Shown here one piece after another: positions 1 through 7,975 of a stretch of DNA of 15,174 nt. A program made the translations under genes and the position numbers. Under the pieces are notes generated by a model, which saw nothing but the letters and a program-made list of their open reading frames with translations, was not told the DNA's origin and made no database searches. The number at the start of each line of letters is the position of its first letter. Within the stretch, counting starts at the first letter, position 1. Source of the DNA: Candidatus Methylomirabilia bacterium (GTDB taxonomy: Bacteria > Methylomirabilota > Methylomirabilia > Rokubacteriales > CSP1-6); contig JBHIBG010000064.1 of the NCBI GenBank assembly GCA_046758965.1, forward strand, positions 1 through 15,174. The letters are read 5' to 3'.

Positions 1-45
1 ACGGGGTTCCCAAACGCGCAGTCCTGACACAGGGGAGATAGCCCC

Positions 46-948
46 GTGAAGAAAAACTTGAGCCTCCTATCGTTCCTCCTCTTCGTCACCTTCCTTGCCA
101 CGGACAGCTCCACCGCCGACGAACCCTTACGGATCGGGATCACGGGGGTCCTGGTGGAGCACAACCGGAGCCTCAACGAGGAGATGATGATCTACATCGG
201 GCGGAAGCTGGGGAGGACAACCGTGATCGTCCATCGGAAGAGCTATCAGGAGATGAGCGACCTGCTGGAGCGAGGGCTGGTGGATGCTGCCTTTGTCTGC
301 GGCCTGCCGTACGTCATCGACAGGGAGAAGTTCGGCGAGGAACTCCTCGTTGCGCCCATTTTCAACGGCAAACCGCTCTACCAGTCCTACGTCATCGTCC
401 CGAAGGACAGCCCCGCTCGATCCCTGGAGGATCTCCGCGGCAAGCTCTATGCGTTCTCCGACCCGCTCTCGAACTCCGGGAAGCTGGCCCCCACCTACCG
501 GCTGGCCACCATGGGGGAAACCCCTGAGACCTACTTTCGCAGGTATATCTTCACGTATAGCCACAGCGCGAACGTCGAGGCGGTGGCGGTGAAGCTGGTG
601 GATGGGGCCAGCGTCGATAGCTACATCTGGGAGTACCTCAACGTTGTGCGTCCCGCTCTGACGGCTCAGACCCGGGTGGTGGCCAGGTCCCCGTATTACG
701 GAATGACGCCGGTCGTTGTGCGGCCGGATCTCGATCCCGCCCAGAAGCGGAAGCTCCGCCAAGCTTTTCTGAATATGCACCAGGATCGCGAGGGGGGCGA
801 GATCCTCAAGAAGCTCATGATCGACCGATTCGAAGAGGTCCCTGATAGCCACTACGATAGCATTCGGCGGATGCGGAGATTCGTTGAGGCTTTTAACGCG
901 AAAAAGAAGCGGACAAGCCCCGTCGCGCAGAGGCCGAGGAAGCCGTGA
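46..948 (+). CDS. Periplasmic oxyanion-binding protein, PhnD/AioX (ArxX/ArrT-like) family, 300 aa
   Basis: GTG start after RBS AGGGGAG (31-37). N-terminal Sec-type signal (MKKNLSLLSFLLFVTFLA..STA). Motifs RKSYQEM, AAFVCGLPY, AFSDPLSNSG, YSHSANV and ASVDSYIW resemble AioX-type binding proteins. The stop overlaps the kinase start (GTGA). No ABC permease or ATPase is adjacent in the window. Confidence 0.88.
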   Translation: MKKNLSLLSFLLFVTFLATDSSTADEPLRIGITGVLVEHNRSLNEEMMIYIGRKLGRTTVIVHRKSYQEMSDLLERGLVDAAFVCGLPYVIDREKFGEELLVAPIFNGKPLYQSYVIVPKDSPARSLEDLRGKLYAFSDPLSNSGKLAPTYRLATMGETPETYFRRYIFTYSHSANVEAVAVKLVDGASVDSYIWEYLNVVRPALTAQTRVVARSPYYGMTPVVVRPDLDPAQKRKLRQAFLNMHQDREGGEILKKLMIDRFEEVPDSHYDSIRRMRRFVEAFNAKKKRTSPVAQRPRKP

Positions 949-2738
949 GGAAGTTCTCCCGTCTTTTCCGGCTACCGTTGACCTGGACGATAGGCACGAA
1001 GCTCTCTCTCACGCTCTTCGTCGTCGTCTACGGCGTCACCCTGGCCATTGGCTGGTACGCCATCAGGAAACAGGAGGCGGTGATGGAGGAGCAGCTGCTC
1101 CGCCAGGGGAGGATCACCGCCGAGCATCTCGCCCGGGTGAGCCTCGATCCGCTCTTGCGGGAAGACATCTGGGAGCTGTACAAGCTCTCCCGGGACATCG
1201 GCCGAGGGGGTCCTCCCATGCTCTACGCCATGGTCTTGAACATGAAAGGCGAGCTCCTGGCGCACTCTCATCCCGACGGCTACTCCATCGCGGCCCGGAA
1301 CCCCCGGGACCCTCTGCTCGATGACACCCTCAGGGCCGATCGGACCTCGATCTTCCCCCTTCCTGCGGGGGGGATGGGATACGAGGTGGTGGCCCCTGTG
1401 GTCCTGGGCGGGAAGAAGATCGGCGTCGTCCGCGCGGGGATCAGCAAGGAATCCCTGGAGAGGGTCCTGCAGAGGGCCAAAAGGGAGCTGCTCCTCATCG
1501 CCGGGCTCCTGGCCCTGTCAGGATTCTCTTTGGGCCTCGTAATATCCAGACGAATCGCCCGGCCCCTTCGAGAGCTCACGCGCAGCGTGGAGGAGCTCAG
1601 CCGGGGGGGATTCCAGCGGGAGGTCTCCGTGAGGACCGTTGAGAAGGATGAGATCGGGCGCCTGGCCGAATCTTTCGACAAGATGGTCAGGAACCTCGGA
1701 GAGAAAGTCGGGGAAATCCAGCAGACGAAACAGTATCTCGAGGACCTACTCGAGAACGCCAACGATTTCATCTGCACCCTCGACGGAGAGGGCGGAATCA
1801 CCTACGTCAACCGGAAGTTCGAGGAGCTCGGGTACCGCCGGGACGACTTGGTGGGGCGGCCCCTGGACGCCCTGCTCCTGAAGGGTTCGGGGGAAGATGA
1901 CCACGCCTCGGAGGTCGAGATTCGAGATGCCAGGGGCCGCCGCGCCATTCTCGTCATGAGCACGTCCCCATTGAAGGATAACGGGGGCCGGGTCGTCGGC
2001 ACGCTCGGGATCGGCAAGGACATCACCGAAAGGAAGGAGCTGGAGCAACGGCTGATCACGAGCGAACGGCTGGCCTCCATCGGGGAGCTGGCGGGGGCGA
2101 TGGCCCACGAGATCAGAAACCCCCTCGGCTCCATTTACACCGCCGCTAACCTTCTTACCTATGATCAGGGAGTCACGATCAACGCCGATCATCTCGCCCT
2201 CCTGAGGGTCGTGAAGCACGAAGCGAGGAGGCTGAACAGGCTCTTGACCGATTTTCTCCGGTTCGCCAGGCCGCGCCCGCCGAACCTCGTGTCCTGTAAC
2301 GTCAACGCTCTGGCTGAGGAGACCCTGGAAGCCTTGAGGTACGACGAGGCCGCGAAGGGAAAGGAGATCCGGAGGGCCTTGAACCCGCTTGTCCCTTCCC
2401 TCTTGGTGGACGCCGACCAGATCAAGCAGGCTCTTTGGAACATCGCCTTGAACGCCCTTCAAGCCATGGACGACGGTGGCACGCTTTCCCTCTCCACTTC
2501 CTCGAGCGACGGGAAGGTGCTCATCACCGTCGAGGATACGGGCCGAGGCATCCCCAGGGAGGAACTCGGCAAGGTCTTCGAACCGTTTTACAGCAGGAAG
2601 CCGGACGGCCTCGGCCTGGGACTGGCCATCGCCCTTCGGGTCGTCGAAGCCCATGCGGGCCGGATCGCGGCGGAGAGCGAGGAGGGGAAGGGAACGAAAG
2701 TGATCATCGCCCTGCCCGTACATGGAGGAGAGGCGTAG
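945..2738 (+). CDS. Membrane sensor histidine kinase (2 TM, periplasmic domain, HAMP, short PAS, HisKA, HATPase), NtrB/AioS-like, 597 aa
   Basis: Two hydrophobic segments flank a periplasmic domain. HAMP: RPLRELT...DEIGRLAESFDKM. PAS: LENANDFICTLD..YVN...GKDITERK. H-box AHEIRNPL, N-box QALWNIALNALQA, then DTGRGI, FEPFYS and GLGLGL. Confidence 0.95.
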   Translation: MRKFSRLFRLPLTWTIGTKLSLTLFVVVYGVTLAIGWYAIRKQEAVMEEQLLRQGRITAEHLARVSLDPLLREDIWELYKLSRDIGRGGPPMLYAMVLNMKGELLAHSHPDGYSIAARNPRDPLLDDTLRADRTSIFPLPAGGMGYEVVAPVVLGGKKIGVVRAGISKESLERVLQRAKRELLLIAGLLALSGFSLGLVISRRIARPLRELTRSVEELSRGGFQREVSVRTVEKDEIGRLAESFDKMVRNLGEKVGEIQQTKQYLEDLLENANDFICTLDGEGGITYVNRKFEELGYRRDDLVGRPLDALLLKGSGEDDHASEVEIRDARGRRAILVMSTSPLKDNGGRVVGTLGIGKDITERKELEQRLITSERLASIGELAGAMAHEIRNPLGSIYTAANLLTYDQGVTINADHLALLRVVKHEARRLNRLLTDFLRFARPRPPNLVSCNVNALAEETLEALRYDEAAKGKEIRRALNPLVPSLLVDADQIKQALWNIALNALQAMDDGGTLSLSTSSSDGKVLITVEDTGRGIPREELGKVFEPFYSRKPDGLGLGLAIALRVVEAHAGRIAAESEEGKGTKVIIALPVHGGEA

Positions 2739-4112
2739 ATGAAGCCTGCCGGAGCCAGAGAACCTTCCCTCCTCATCGTCGATGACGAGCCCTCGGCGCG
2801 GCTCACCCTCTCCATCCTCCTGAAACGGGCAGGCTATCGCGTGGACGAGGCTGCAGAGACCGGGGAGGCCATCAGGAGGCTGGAACATGAGCCCTACGAT
2901 CTCGTCGTCACCGATCTCAGAATGGCGGGAGACGGGGGGATCGAGGTCTTGAAGGCCGCAAAGAAGGTGAGCCCTCGCCCCGAGGTGATCGTCTTAACTG
3001 CCTACGGGAGTATAGGCTCGGCAGTGGAGGCCATGAAGCTCGGGGCCGTCGACTACGTGGCGAAGCCTTTCGAGCCAGAGGAAATGCTTCTGACGATCCA
3101 GAAGGCCCTGGAGCGGAGGAGGCTCCTGGAGGAGGTGCGATACCTTCGCGATCAGGTCCGGGAGCGGTACAGCTTCGACACCATCGTCGCGAAGAGCGTG
3201 AAGTTGCAGAAGGTCTTGGAGACAGCTTCCCAGGTGGCCAAGACCGACGCGACCGTCCTGATCCAAGGGGAGAGTGGGACGGGGAAAGAGGTCATCGCCC
3301 GGGCCATCCATGCCTGGAGCCCCCGGGCCGGGCGCCCCTTCATCGCTATCGACTGCGCCACCCTCCCCGAGAGCCTCTTGGAGAGCGAACTCTTCGGCCA
3401 CGTGAAGGGGGCCTTCACCGGAGCCCTGGGCGCGAAGAAGGGACTCTTCGAGGAGGGGGATGGCGGGACCATCTTCCTGGACGAGGTTGGGGGGATGCCG
3501 CCGTCCACCCAGGCAAAGCTCCTGAGGGTCCTCCAGGAGCAGGTGATCCGGCGGGTGGGCAGCACAACGCCCGTCCGGATCGACATCCGGATCCTCGCCG
3601 CAACGAATCAGGATCTGAAGGGCCTTGTCGAGAACGGGACCTTTCGAGAGGACGTCTACTATCGCCTCAACGGTATCGTCCTGCCGATCCCCCCTCTGAG
3701 AGAGCGCAGGGAAGACGTCATCGCCTTGGCCACCCACTTCTTGAAGCTCTTTGGCCAGCGGTTGGGGAGGAAGGTGAAAGGGATCTCCTCCGAGGCCATG
3801 GAGGGGCTCGTCGGCTACGCCTGGCCTGGGAACGTTCGGGAGCTGGAAAAGGCGATCGAGCGGGCGGTGGTCCTCGGCCGGTCGGAACTCCTCATGCCAG
3901 ACGACCTTCCCCCCAGCCTCCTCGGCCAGGGCGACCTCAAATCTTCTCCTCCTGGAAGGCGCATGACCCTTGCCGAGCTGGAGGAGGGCCGGATCCTTTC
4001 GGCCCTCTACGACCATGGATGGAACCAGACGAAGGCGGCCGAGGAGCTCGGCATCAGCCGGACGACCCTGTGGCGGAAGCTCAAGGAGTACCAGATCACC
4101 CCCCCATCTTAA
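2739..4112 (+). CDS. Sigma54-dependent response regulator (REC-AAA+-Fis HTH), NtrC/AioR-like, 457 aa
   Basis: Receiver motifs IVDDE, TDLRM, TAYG and KPF. Walker A GESGTGKE, ESELFGHVKGAFTGA, FLDEVG, WPGNVREL. C-terminal HTH NQTKAAEELGISRTTLWRKLK. Starts at the base immediately after the kinase stop. Confidence 0.97.
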   Translation: MKPAGAREPSLLIVDDEPSARLTLSILLKRAGYRVDEAAETGEAIRRLEHEPYDLVVTDLRMAGDGGIEVLKAAKKVSPRPEVIVLTAYGSIGSAVEAMKLGAVDYVAKPFEPEEMLLTIQKALERRRLLEEVRYLRDQVRERYSFDTIVAKSVKLQKVLETASQVAKTDATVLIQGESGTGKEVIARAIHAWSPRAGRPFIAIDCATLPESLLESELFGHVKGAFTGALGAKKGLFEEGDGGTIFLDEVGGMPPSTQAKLLRVLQEQVIRRVGSTTPVRIDIRILAATNQDLKGLVENGTFREDVYYRLNGIVLPIPPLRERREDVIALATHFLKLFGQRLGRKVKGISSEAMEGLVGYAWPGNVRELEKAIERAVVLGRSELLMPDDLPPSLLGQGDLKSSPPGRRMTLAELEEGRILSALYDHGWNQTKAAEELGISRTTLWRKLKEYQITPPS

Positions 4113-4113
4113 C

Positions 4114-4163
4114 GTTTCACTCTTGAACGGTGCTAGCGCCCGCAGGGCGTTGCATGCTGTAAC
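4114..4163. promoter_or_regulatory. Two candidate upstream activator (enhancer) sites for the sigma54 activator
   Basis: Two similar 15-bp imperfect palindromes, GTTTCA-CTC-TTGAAC (4114-4128) and GTTGCA-TGC-TGTAAC (4149-4163), 35 bp apart and about 120-170 bp upstream of the -24 GG. Confidence 0.55.
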
Positions 4164-4235
4164 AGTCCGGCTCTGTCTTCACGCCGTCCACGCCCCCACA
4201 AGGTGAGGGGCGGTTCGATCTTGCCCTTTTGCGAA

Positions 4236-4264
4236 CGGCCTTTGGGAGGTTATCCCGAAGGCCG
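4236..4264. other. Inverted repeat / stem-loop, possible terminator of the regulator operon
   Basis: CGGCCTTTGGGA-ggtta-TCCCGAAGGCCG gives a 12-bp stem with one G:U pair. Only a weak T-rich tail follows. A second hairpin lies at 4191-4212 (CGCCCC-CAC/GTG-A-GGGGCG). Confidence 0.4.
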
Positions 4265-4282
4265 CGTTGCTTCTCACCAGGT

Positions 4283-4299
4283 CTGGCATCAGGTTTGCC
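4283..4299 (+). promoter_or_regulatory. Sigma54 (RpoN) -24/-12 promoter
   Basis: CTGGCATCAGGTTTGCC has GG at 4285-4286 and GC at 4297-4298, exactly 10 nt apart, matching TGGCAY-N5-TTGC. It lies downstream of a sigma54 activator gene and upstream of the oxidoreductase operon. Confidence 0.85.
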
Positions 4300-4416
4300 T
4301 TATGTAAGTTAGTCCGGCCTTAGAACGGAGGTGGTTCTTTGTGCCGGGACGGTCTGTTTTCTGAGCGAAAGAGGATCGGGGGCGAGCTCTACGAATAATC
4401 GGCCAGGGGGTGAGTC

Positions 4417-4650
4417 ATGGGCGATTCCAGGCTGACGCGAAGGGACGTCCTGATAGGGGCGGTCGGGGGGAGCGCGGCTTTCATGCTCTCGCCGGCGAAA
4501 GGGGTCATGGCGGCTAAGCCGTCCCCTGACGCGCCGTTCCGCATGGGCGACCCATCCATTGGAGATCCAGGCTATGAGCAGCGGATTGCCGGGCTCTTCG
4601 AACAGGCAATGGTGAGAAAGCCGGTCACGCTTAAGCGGAGGTGGGCATGA
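4417..4650 (+). CDS. Small protein with twin-arginine (Tat) signal peptide, function unknown, 77 aa
   Basis: RBS-like GGGGGTGA before the ATG. RLTRRDVL is followed by a hydrophobic Gly/Ala stretch and a possible cleavage site VMA-A. The stop overlaps the next start (ATGA at 4647-4650). First ORF after the sigma54 promoter. Confidence 0.72.
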   Translation: MGDSRLTRRDVLIGAVGGSAAFMLSPAKGVMAAKPSPDAPFRMGDPSIGDPGYEQRIAGLFEQAMVRKPVTLKRRWA

Positions 4651-7325
4651 GTTCCGTCAGGCTGACTCGAAGGAGCTTCTTGAAGGTAGCCGGTCCGGCG
4701 ATCGCCGGTGCGGGCGCGGGCGTCGGCCAGGCCTTCGGTCGCGAGGCCGCGTTCACCCGACCCTGGAACAAATGGACCGGCCGGGCGGAGTGGGAGCGGG
4801 CGCCCTTCACCCTCACCAATGTCCGCCTCCCTGGGGATACGGGGGACTCTTGGCCCGTGGACACGGTGGTCCGCAACGGCTGCTCCTTCTGCCCCGTGGC
4901 CTGCTGGCACCTGGTCCACGTCAAGAACGGTCAGGTGGTCAATGTCTACGGCGAGCCGAAGAACCCGGTCCAGGCCGACACGGAGAACGAAGAAGACGGC
5001 GCCCTCTGCGCCAAGGGACGCGCGGGGATCCTCCAGCTCCTCTACAACAAGTACCGCATCACCCGTCCCTTGAAGCGAGTCGGCCCGAAGCCCAGCCTGG
5101 ACTTCCAACCCATCTCCTGGACGCAGGCCTACGAGGAGATCGCCCGGAAGCTCCTGGAGCTGCGGGACACCGAGGGTCCGCACGTCATCGCGGCCAAGAC
5201 CACCGACCGGGTCTCCCGGGATGGCGGCCCGCCCATGTTCCGCCTCCTGCACATGCTGGGGAGCTCCAACCCCACCCACGAGGGGTACATCTGCAACGAC
5301 GCCGGCTGGATGGCGATCAACTGGGTCTTCGGCGGCGGGGGAGGCCAGACCAACGGGTGGGGGTGGGATCCTCTCACCGGGAGCTACGACCTCGGCGACA
5401 CCAAGTTCATGATGACCTTTGGCAGCAACGACGCCGAGCTGCACCCGGTAATGTTCGGCTGGATGCGACGGCGCAAGGAAGCTACCGGTGCGACGTGGGT
5501 GGTGGTGGACCCGCGCTACACGTCGACCGCGTTCCAAGCCGACCTGTGGTTGCCCGTCAAGCCTGGGACCGACATGGCCCTGGTCTACGGCATGATCCAC
5601 TACATCGTGAACAACAACCTTCACGACAGAGAGTTCGTCAACAAGTGGGTCGCGGGCTTCGACGAGCTGGTGAAGTTCGTCAACGGGAAGGGCTACTCCC
5701 CCGAGTGGGCAGCGTCCATCACCGGGATTCCGGCTGAGACGATCAAGAATGTGGCCCGCGCCTACGCGACCACGAAGCCAGCCTCCGTTGTCACCAACGC
5801 CGGCATCAACCACCACGTGAACGCCGTGGACTGTGAGCGTGTCATCTCCTTCCTGGTGGCCATCACCGGAAACGTCGGCATCCCCGGCGGGGGCCACGTG
5901 TCGCAGCACAACTCGGGGGTGGGGCTCTCGCTGCCCGCCGTTGAGGCCAAGACCGAGGCCGACAAGAAGTGGCTCAAGGAGAATGCCTTCAAGAAGCCCG
6001 GCATCCCGCCTCAGCCCGACTACTTGCCCCGCGCTGTGCTGGAGGGAAAGCCCTACCCCATCAAGGCGGTGATCTACCACGGCAACCCCCTCACCCAGAA
6101 CTCCGACGCCAACCGGGCCGAGGAGGCGTACAGGAGGCTTTTTACGGTCTACATGGGCCTCTTCCCCGAGGAGATCGCCCACTATGCCGACTATGTCCTG
6201 CCCACAACGACCTTCTACGAGATGGATCACGTCCATCGACGCATGGATCGGGCGGTGATGTTCCGCCACAAGGTCGTGGATCCCATCGGCGAGGCCAAGA
6301 ACGAGATGCTCATCTACGCCGAGCTGGCCCAGACCATGGCCAAGTTCGACACCAAGATGTCCAAGGAGTACTGGACGGAGAACTTCCCCACCTGGTGGGG
6401 GACCGACAAACGCCGGCTGTGGAACACCGTGGCCGCCCCCAACGCCGGCGCCTGGGCCGGTGGCATCACCGCCGACCGCATGGAGGCCATGATTGACCAG
6501 CCGGGCGGGACGGGCGCCTTTGCCAGGAAGACCGTGGTGCTGCGCGCCCCATGCCCGCCGGCTGACCACCCGGTGACCAGGGCCCTGAGGACCGGTCAGC
6601 GCGCCCGTGACGGCGGCCACCCGGGCACCAGCGTCATGTACGCGGACGCCGACTGGTGGAAGGGGCTCTTCGGCGGCGCCCGCTTCCCGGACAACAAGAA
6701 GCGGTTCGGGCTGGACAAGATCGTCATCTACCACCCCAAGCACGACAAGGAACTCCGGAAGCTAGGCCACAGCTCAATCCCCGAGTTCTACATGTCGCCG
6801 GAGAACATGGACGGCAACCCGACGCTCCGGTACCTGGACAAGTTCGTACCCATGGCGTGGGGGTGGTGGAACTCCCCGGCCGGCAACGTCGTGCACAAGG
6901 TGAAGATCGGCGTCAAGCCGGACCGCAGGCTGCGGGAGAAGTACCCCATCCAGCTCACCACCGGCCGCCCCAGCGTGGCGCACTTCCACACCATCACCCA
7001 CTGGGCCTGGAGCCTGGTGCAGATCAGCGGGGACCGCTACTGCCAGATGCATCCCAAGCTGGCCAAAAAGTTGGGTGTCAAAACCGGCGACACGATCCGG
7101 GTAGAGACGCCCCGCGACGCCATTGAGGCGGTGGCTCTGGTGTGGGACGGGATCCAGGAGAACACGGTGTTCATCCCCCATACCTTCGGGGATAAGCAGA
7201 AAGTCCATGGGGATGTAGGACGGAAGGCTTGGCCCACGGTCAACAAGCTGACCGCTCACTACTACGACACCCTTTCGGGCCAGAACGAGTACAAGTGCCA
7301 GCTCTGTCGCATCAGCAAGGTGTAG
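4647..7325 (+). CDS. Tat-exported molybdopterin (bis-MGD) oxidoreductase catalytic subunit, DMSO-reductase superfamily, Cys-ligated (broadly Psr/Phs/Arr/Arx-like), 892 aa
   Basis: ATG 4647 follows RBS GGAGGTG and is preferred to GTG 4641. Tat motif TRRSFLK. FS0 [4Fe-4S] motif CSFCPVAC...LCAKG. Family motifs RITRPLKR, ISWTQA, GSSNPTHEGYIC (putative metal-ligand Cys), VVDPRYTSTA..ADLWLPVKPGTD.AL, ADYVLP, and C-terminal LTTGR..HFHT...MHP dinucleotide-binding domain. Confidence 0.95.
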   Translation: MSSVRLTRRSFLKVAGPAIAGAGAGVGQAFGREAAFTRPWNKWTGRAEWERAPFTLTNVRLPGDTGDSWPVDTVVRNGCSFCPVACWHLVHVKNGQVVNVYGEPKNPVQADTENEEDGALCAKGRAGILQLLYNKYRITRPLKRVGPKPSLDFQPISWTQAYEEIARKLLELRDTEGPHVIAAKTTDRVSRDGGPPMFRLLHMLGSSNPTHEGYICNDAGWMAINWVFGGGGGQTNGWGWDPLTGSYDLGDTKFMMTFGSNDAELHPVMFGWMRRRKEATGATWVVVDPRYTSTAFQADLWLPVKPGTDMALVYGMIHYIVNNNLHDREFVNKWVAGFDELVKFVNGKGYSPEWAASITGIPAETIKNVARAYATTKPASVVTNAGINHHVNAVDCERVISFLVAITGNVGIPGGGHVSQHNSGVGLSLPAVEAKTEADKKWLKENAFKKPGIPPQPDYLPRAVLEGKPYPIKAVIYHGNPLTQNSDANRAEEAYRRLFTVYMGLFPEEIAHYADYVLPTTTFYEMDHVHRRMDRAVMFRHKVVDPIGEAKNEMLIYAELAQTMAKFDTKMSKEYWTENFPTWWGTDKRRLWNTVAAPNAGAWAGGITADRMEAMIDQPGGTGAFARKTVVLRAPCPPADHPVTRALRTGQRARDGGHPGTSVMYADADWWKGLFGGARFPDNKKRFGLDKIVIYHPKHDKELRKLGHSSIPEFYMSPENMDGNPTLRYLDKFVPMAWGWWNSPAGNVVHKVKIGVKPDRRLREKYPIQLTTGRPSVAHFHTITHWAWSLVQISGDRYCQMHPKLAKKLGVKTGDTIRVETPRDAIEAVALVWDGIQENTVFIPHTFGDKQKVHGDVGRKAWPTVNKLTAHYYDTLSGQNEYKCQLCRISKV

Positions 7326-7363
7326 GGGATCATTGGGGGGGGAAAGGGGAGAGGAGATAGCCA

Positions 7364-7960
7364 ATGGCTCAGAAGTATGCCTTTCTCGTGGATCCGGGTA
7401 AATGCACGATGTGCCGGGCCTGTGTGGTGGCCTGCAAGGTCGAGAACCACGTAGGCTCCCAGTGGCAGCGCAACGACGTTGTCCTCGTCGGGCCCGATCA
7501 GCGCAAGAACCCGGCGGCCTACGCCGTGTTCATGAACTGCCAGCAGTGCGAGTTCCCCCCGTGCGTCGCGTCTTGCCCGGTGGACGGCAAGGCACTGGAG
7601 AAACGGGAGGACGGGATCGTGCTCTTCAAGCGGGACAGGTGTGTGGGCGCGCAGATGTGCGTGACGGCCTGCCCCTACGGCGCGGTGAAGCTCACGCCGG
7701 TCAAGAGCAGGTTTGGGTACTTCCAGTCGGACAAGTGTACCTTCTGCGCCCATAAGTTAGAGCGTCCGGCCAGTGCCCCGGGCGGGAATCGCGCGGCCTG
7801 CGTAATGGTCTGCCCGACCAACGCCATCGAGTTCGGCGGGCGGGACGCGCTGCTAGCCAAGGTGAAGAAGATGGGGCGGGAGGTTCTGGACATCGATCTC
7901 TTCGGCGTGGGGCCGAGCAACATCTTCCTGAAGCCGGTGCCGGTCCGCCGGAAACTCTGA
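7364..7960 (+). CDS. Four-cluster iron-sulfur electron-transfer subunit (DmsB/PsrB/NrfC-like), 198 aa
   Basis: RBS GAGGAG. Cys groups CTMCRACVVAC, CQQCEFPPCVASCP, CVGAQMCVTACPY (one Cys missing) and KCTFC...ACVMVCP. No signal peptide, so it is presumably co-exported with the catalytic subunit. Confidence 0.95.
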   Translation: MAQKYAFLVDPGKCTMCRACVVACKVENHVGSQWQRNDVVLVGPDQRKNPAAYAVFMNCQQCEFPPCVASCPVDGKALEKREDGIVLFKRDRCVGAQMCVTACPYGAVKLTPVKSRFGYFQSDKCTFCAHKLERPASAPGGNRAACVMVCPTNAIEFGGRDALLAKVKKMGREVLDIDLFGVGPSNIFLKPVPVRRKL

Positions 7961-7975
7961 AAGGGGGGGTGGATC

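Noticed and set aside
46..948. Phosphonate ABC transporter (phnD)
   Set aside because: No phnC or phnE follows, and the gene is coupled to a sensor kinase and has AioX-like motifs.
4572..6743. 723-aa minus-strand ORF, and other long antisense ORFs (127-852, 1746-2888, 2994-4016, 9182-9979, 10351-11820, 12488-13237)
   Set aside because: They lie opposite well-supported + strand genes, have no recognisable motifs, and are the expected shadow of strong GC3 codon bias.
4647..7325. Naming the catalytic subunit arrA, arxA, aioA, psrA, anrA or nxrA/narG
   Set aside because: Diagnostic motifs are missing: no (R/K)GRY or GRGW, no Rieske partner, and a Cys rather than Asp ligand. I cannot verify orthology to PsrA or AnrA without a phylogeny. 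There is no in-frame TGA, so no selenocysteine.
7335..7342. Poly-G tracts (G8 at 7335-7342, G7 at 7963-7969) as phase-variation sites
   Set aside because: They are short, intergenic and part of purine-rich RBS regions, which is unremarkable in GC-rich DNA.
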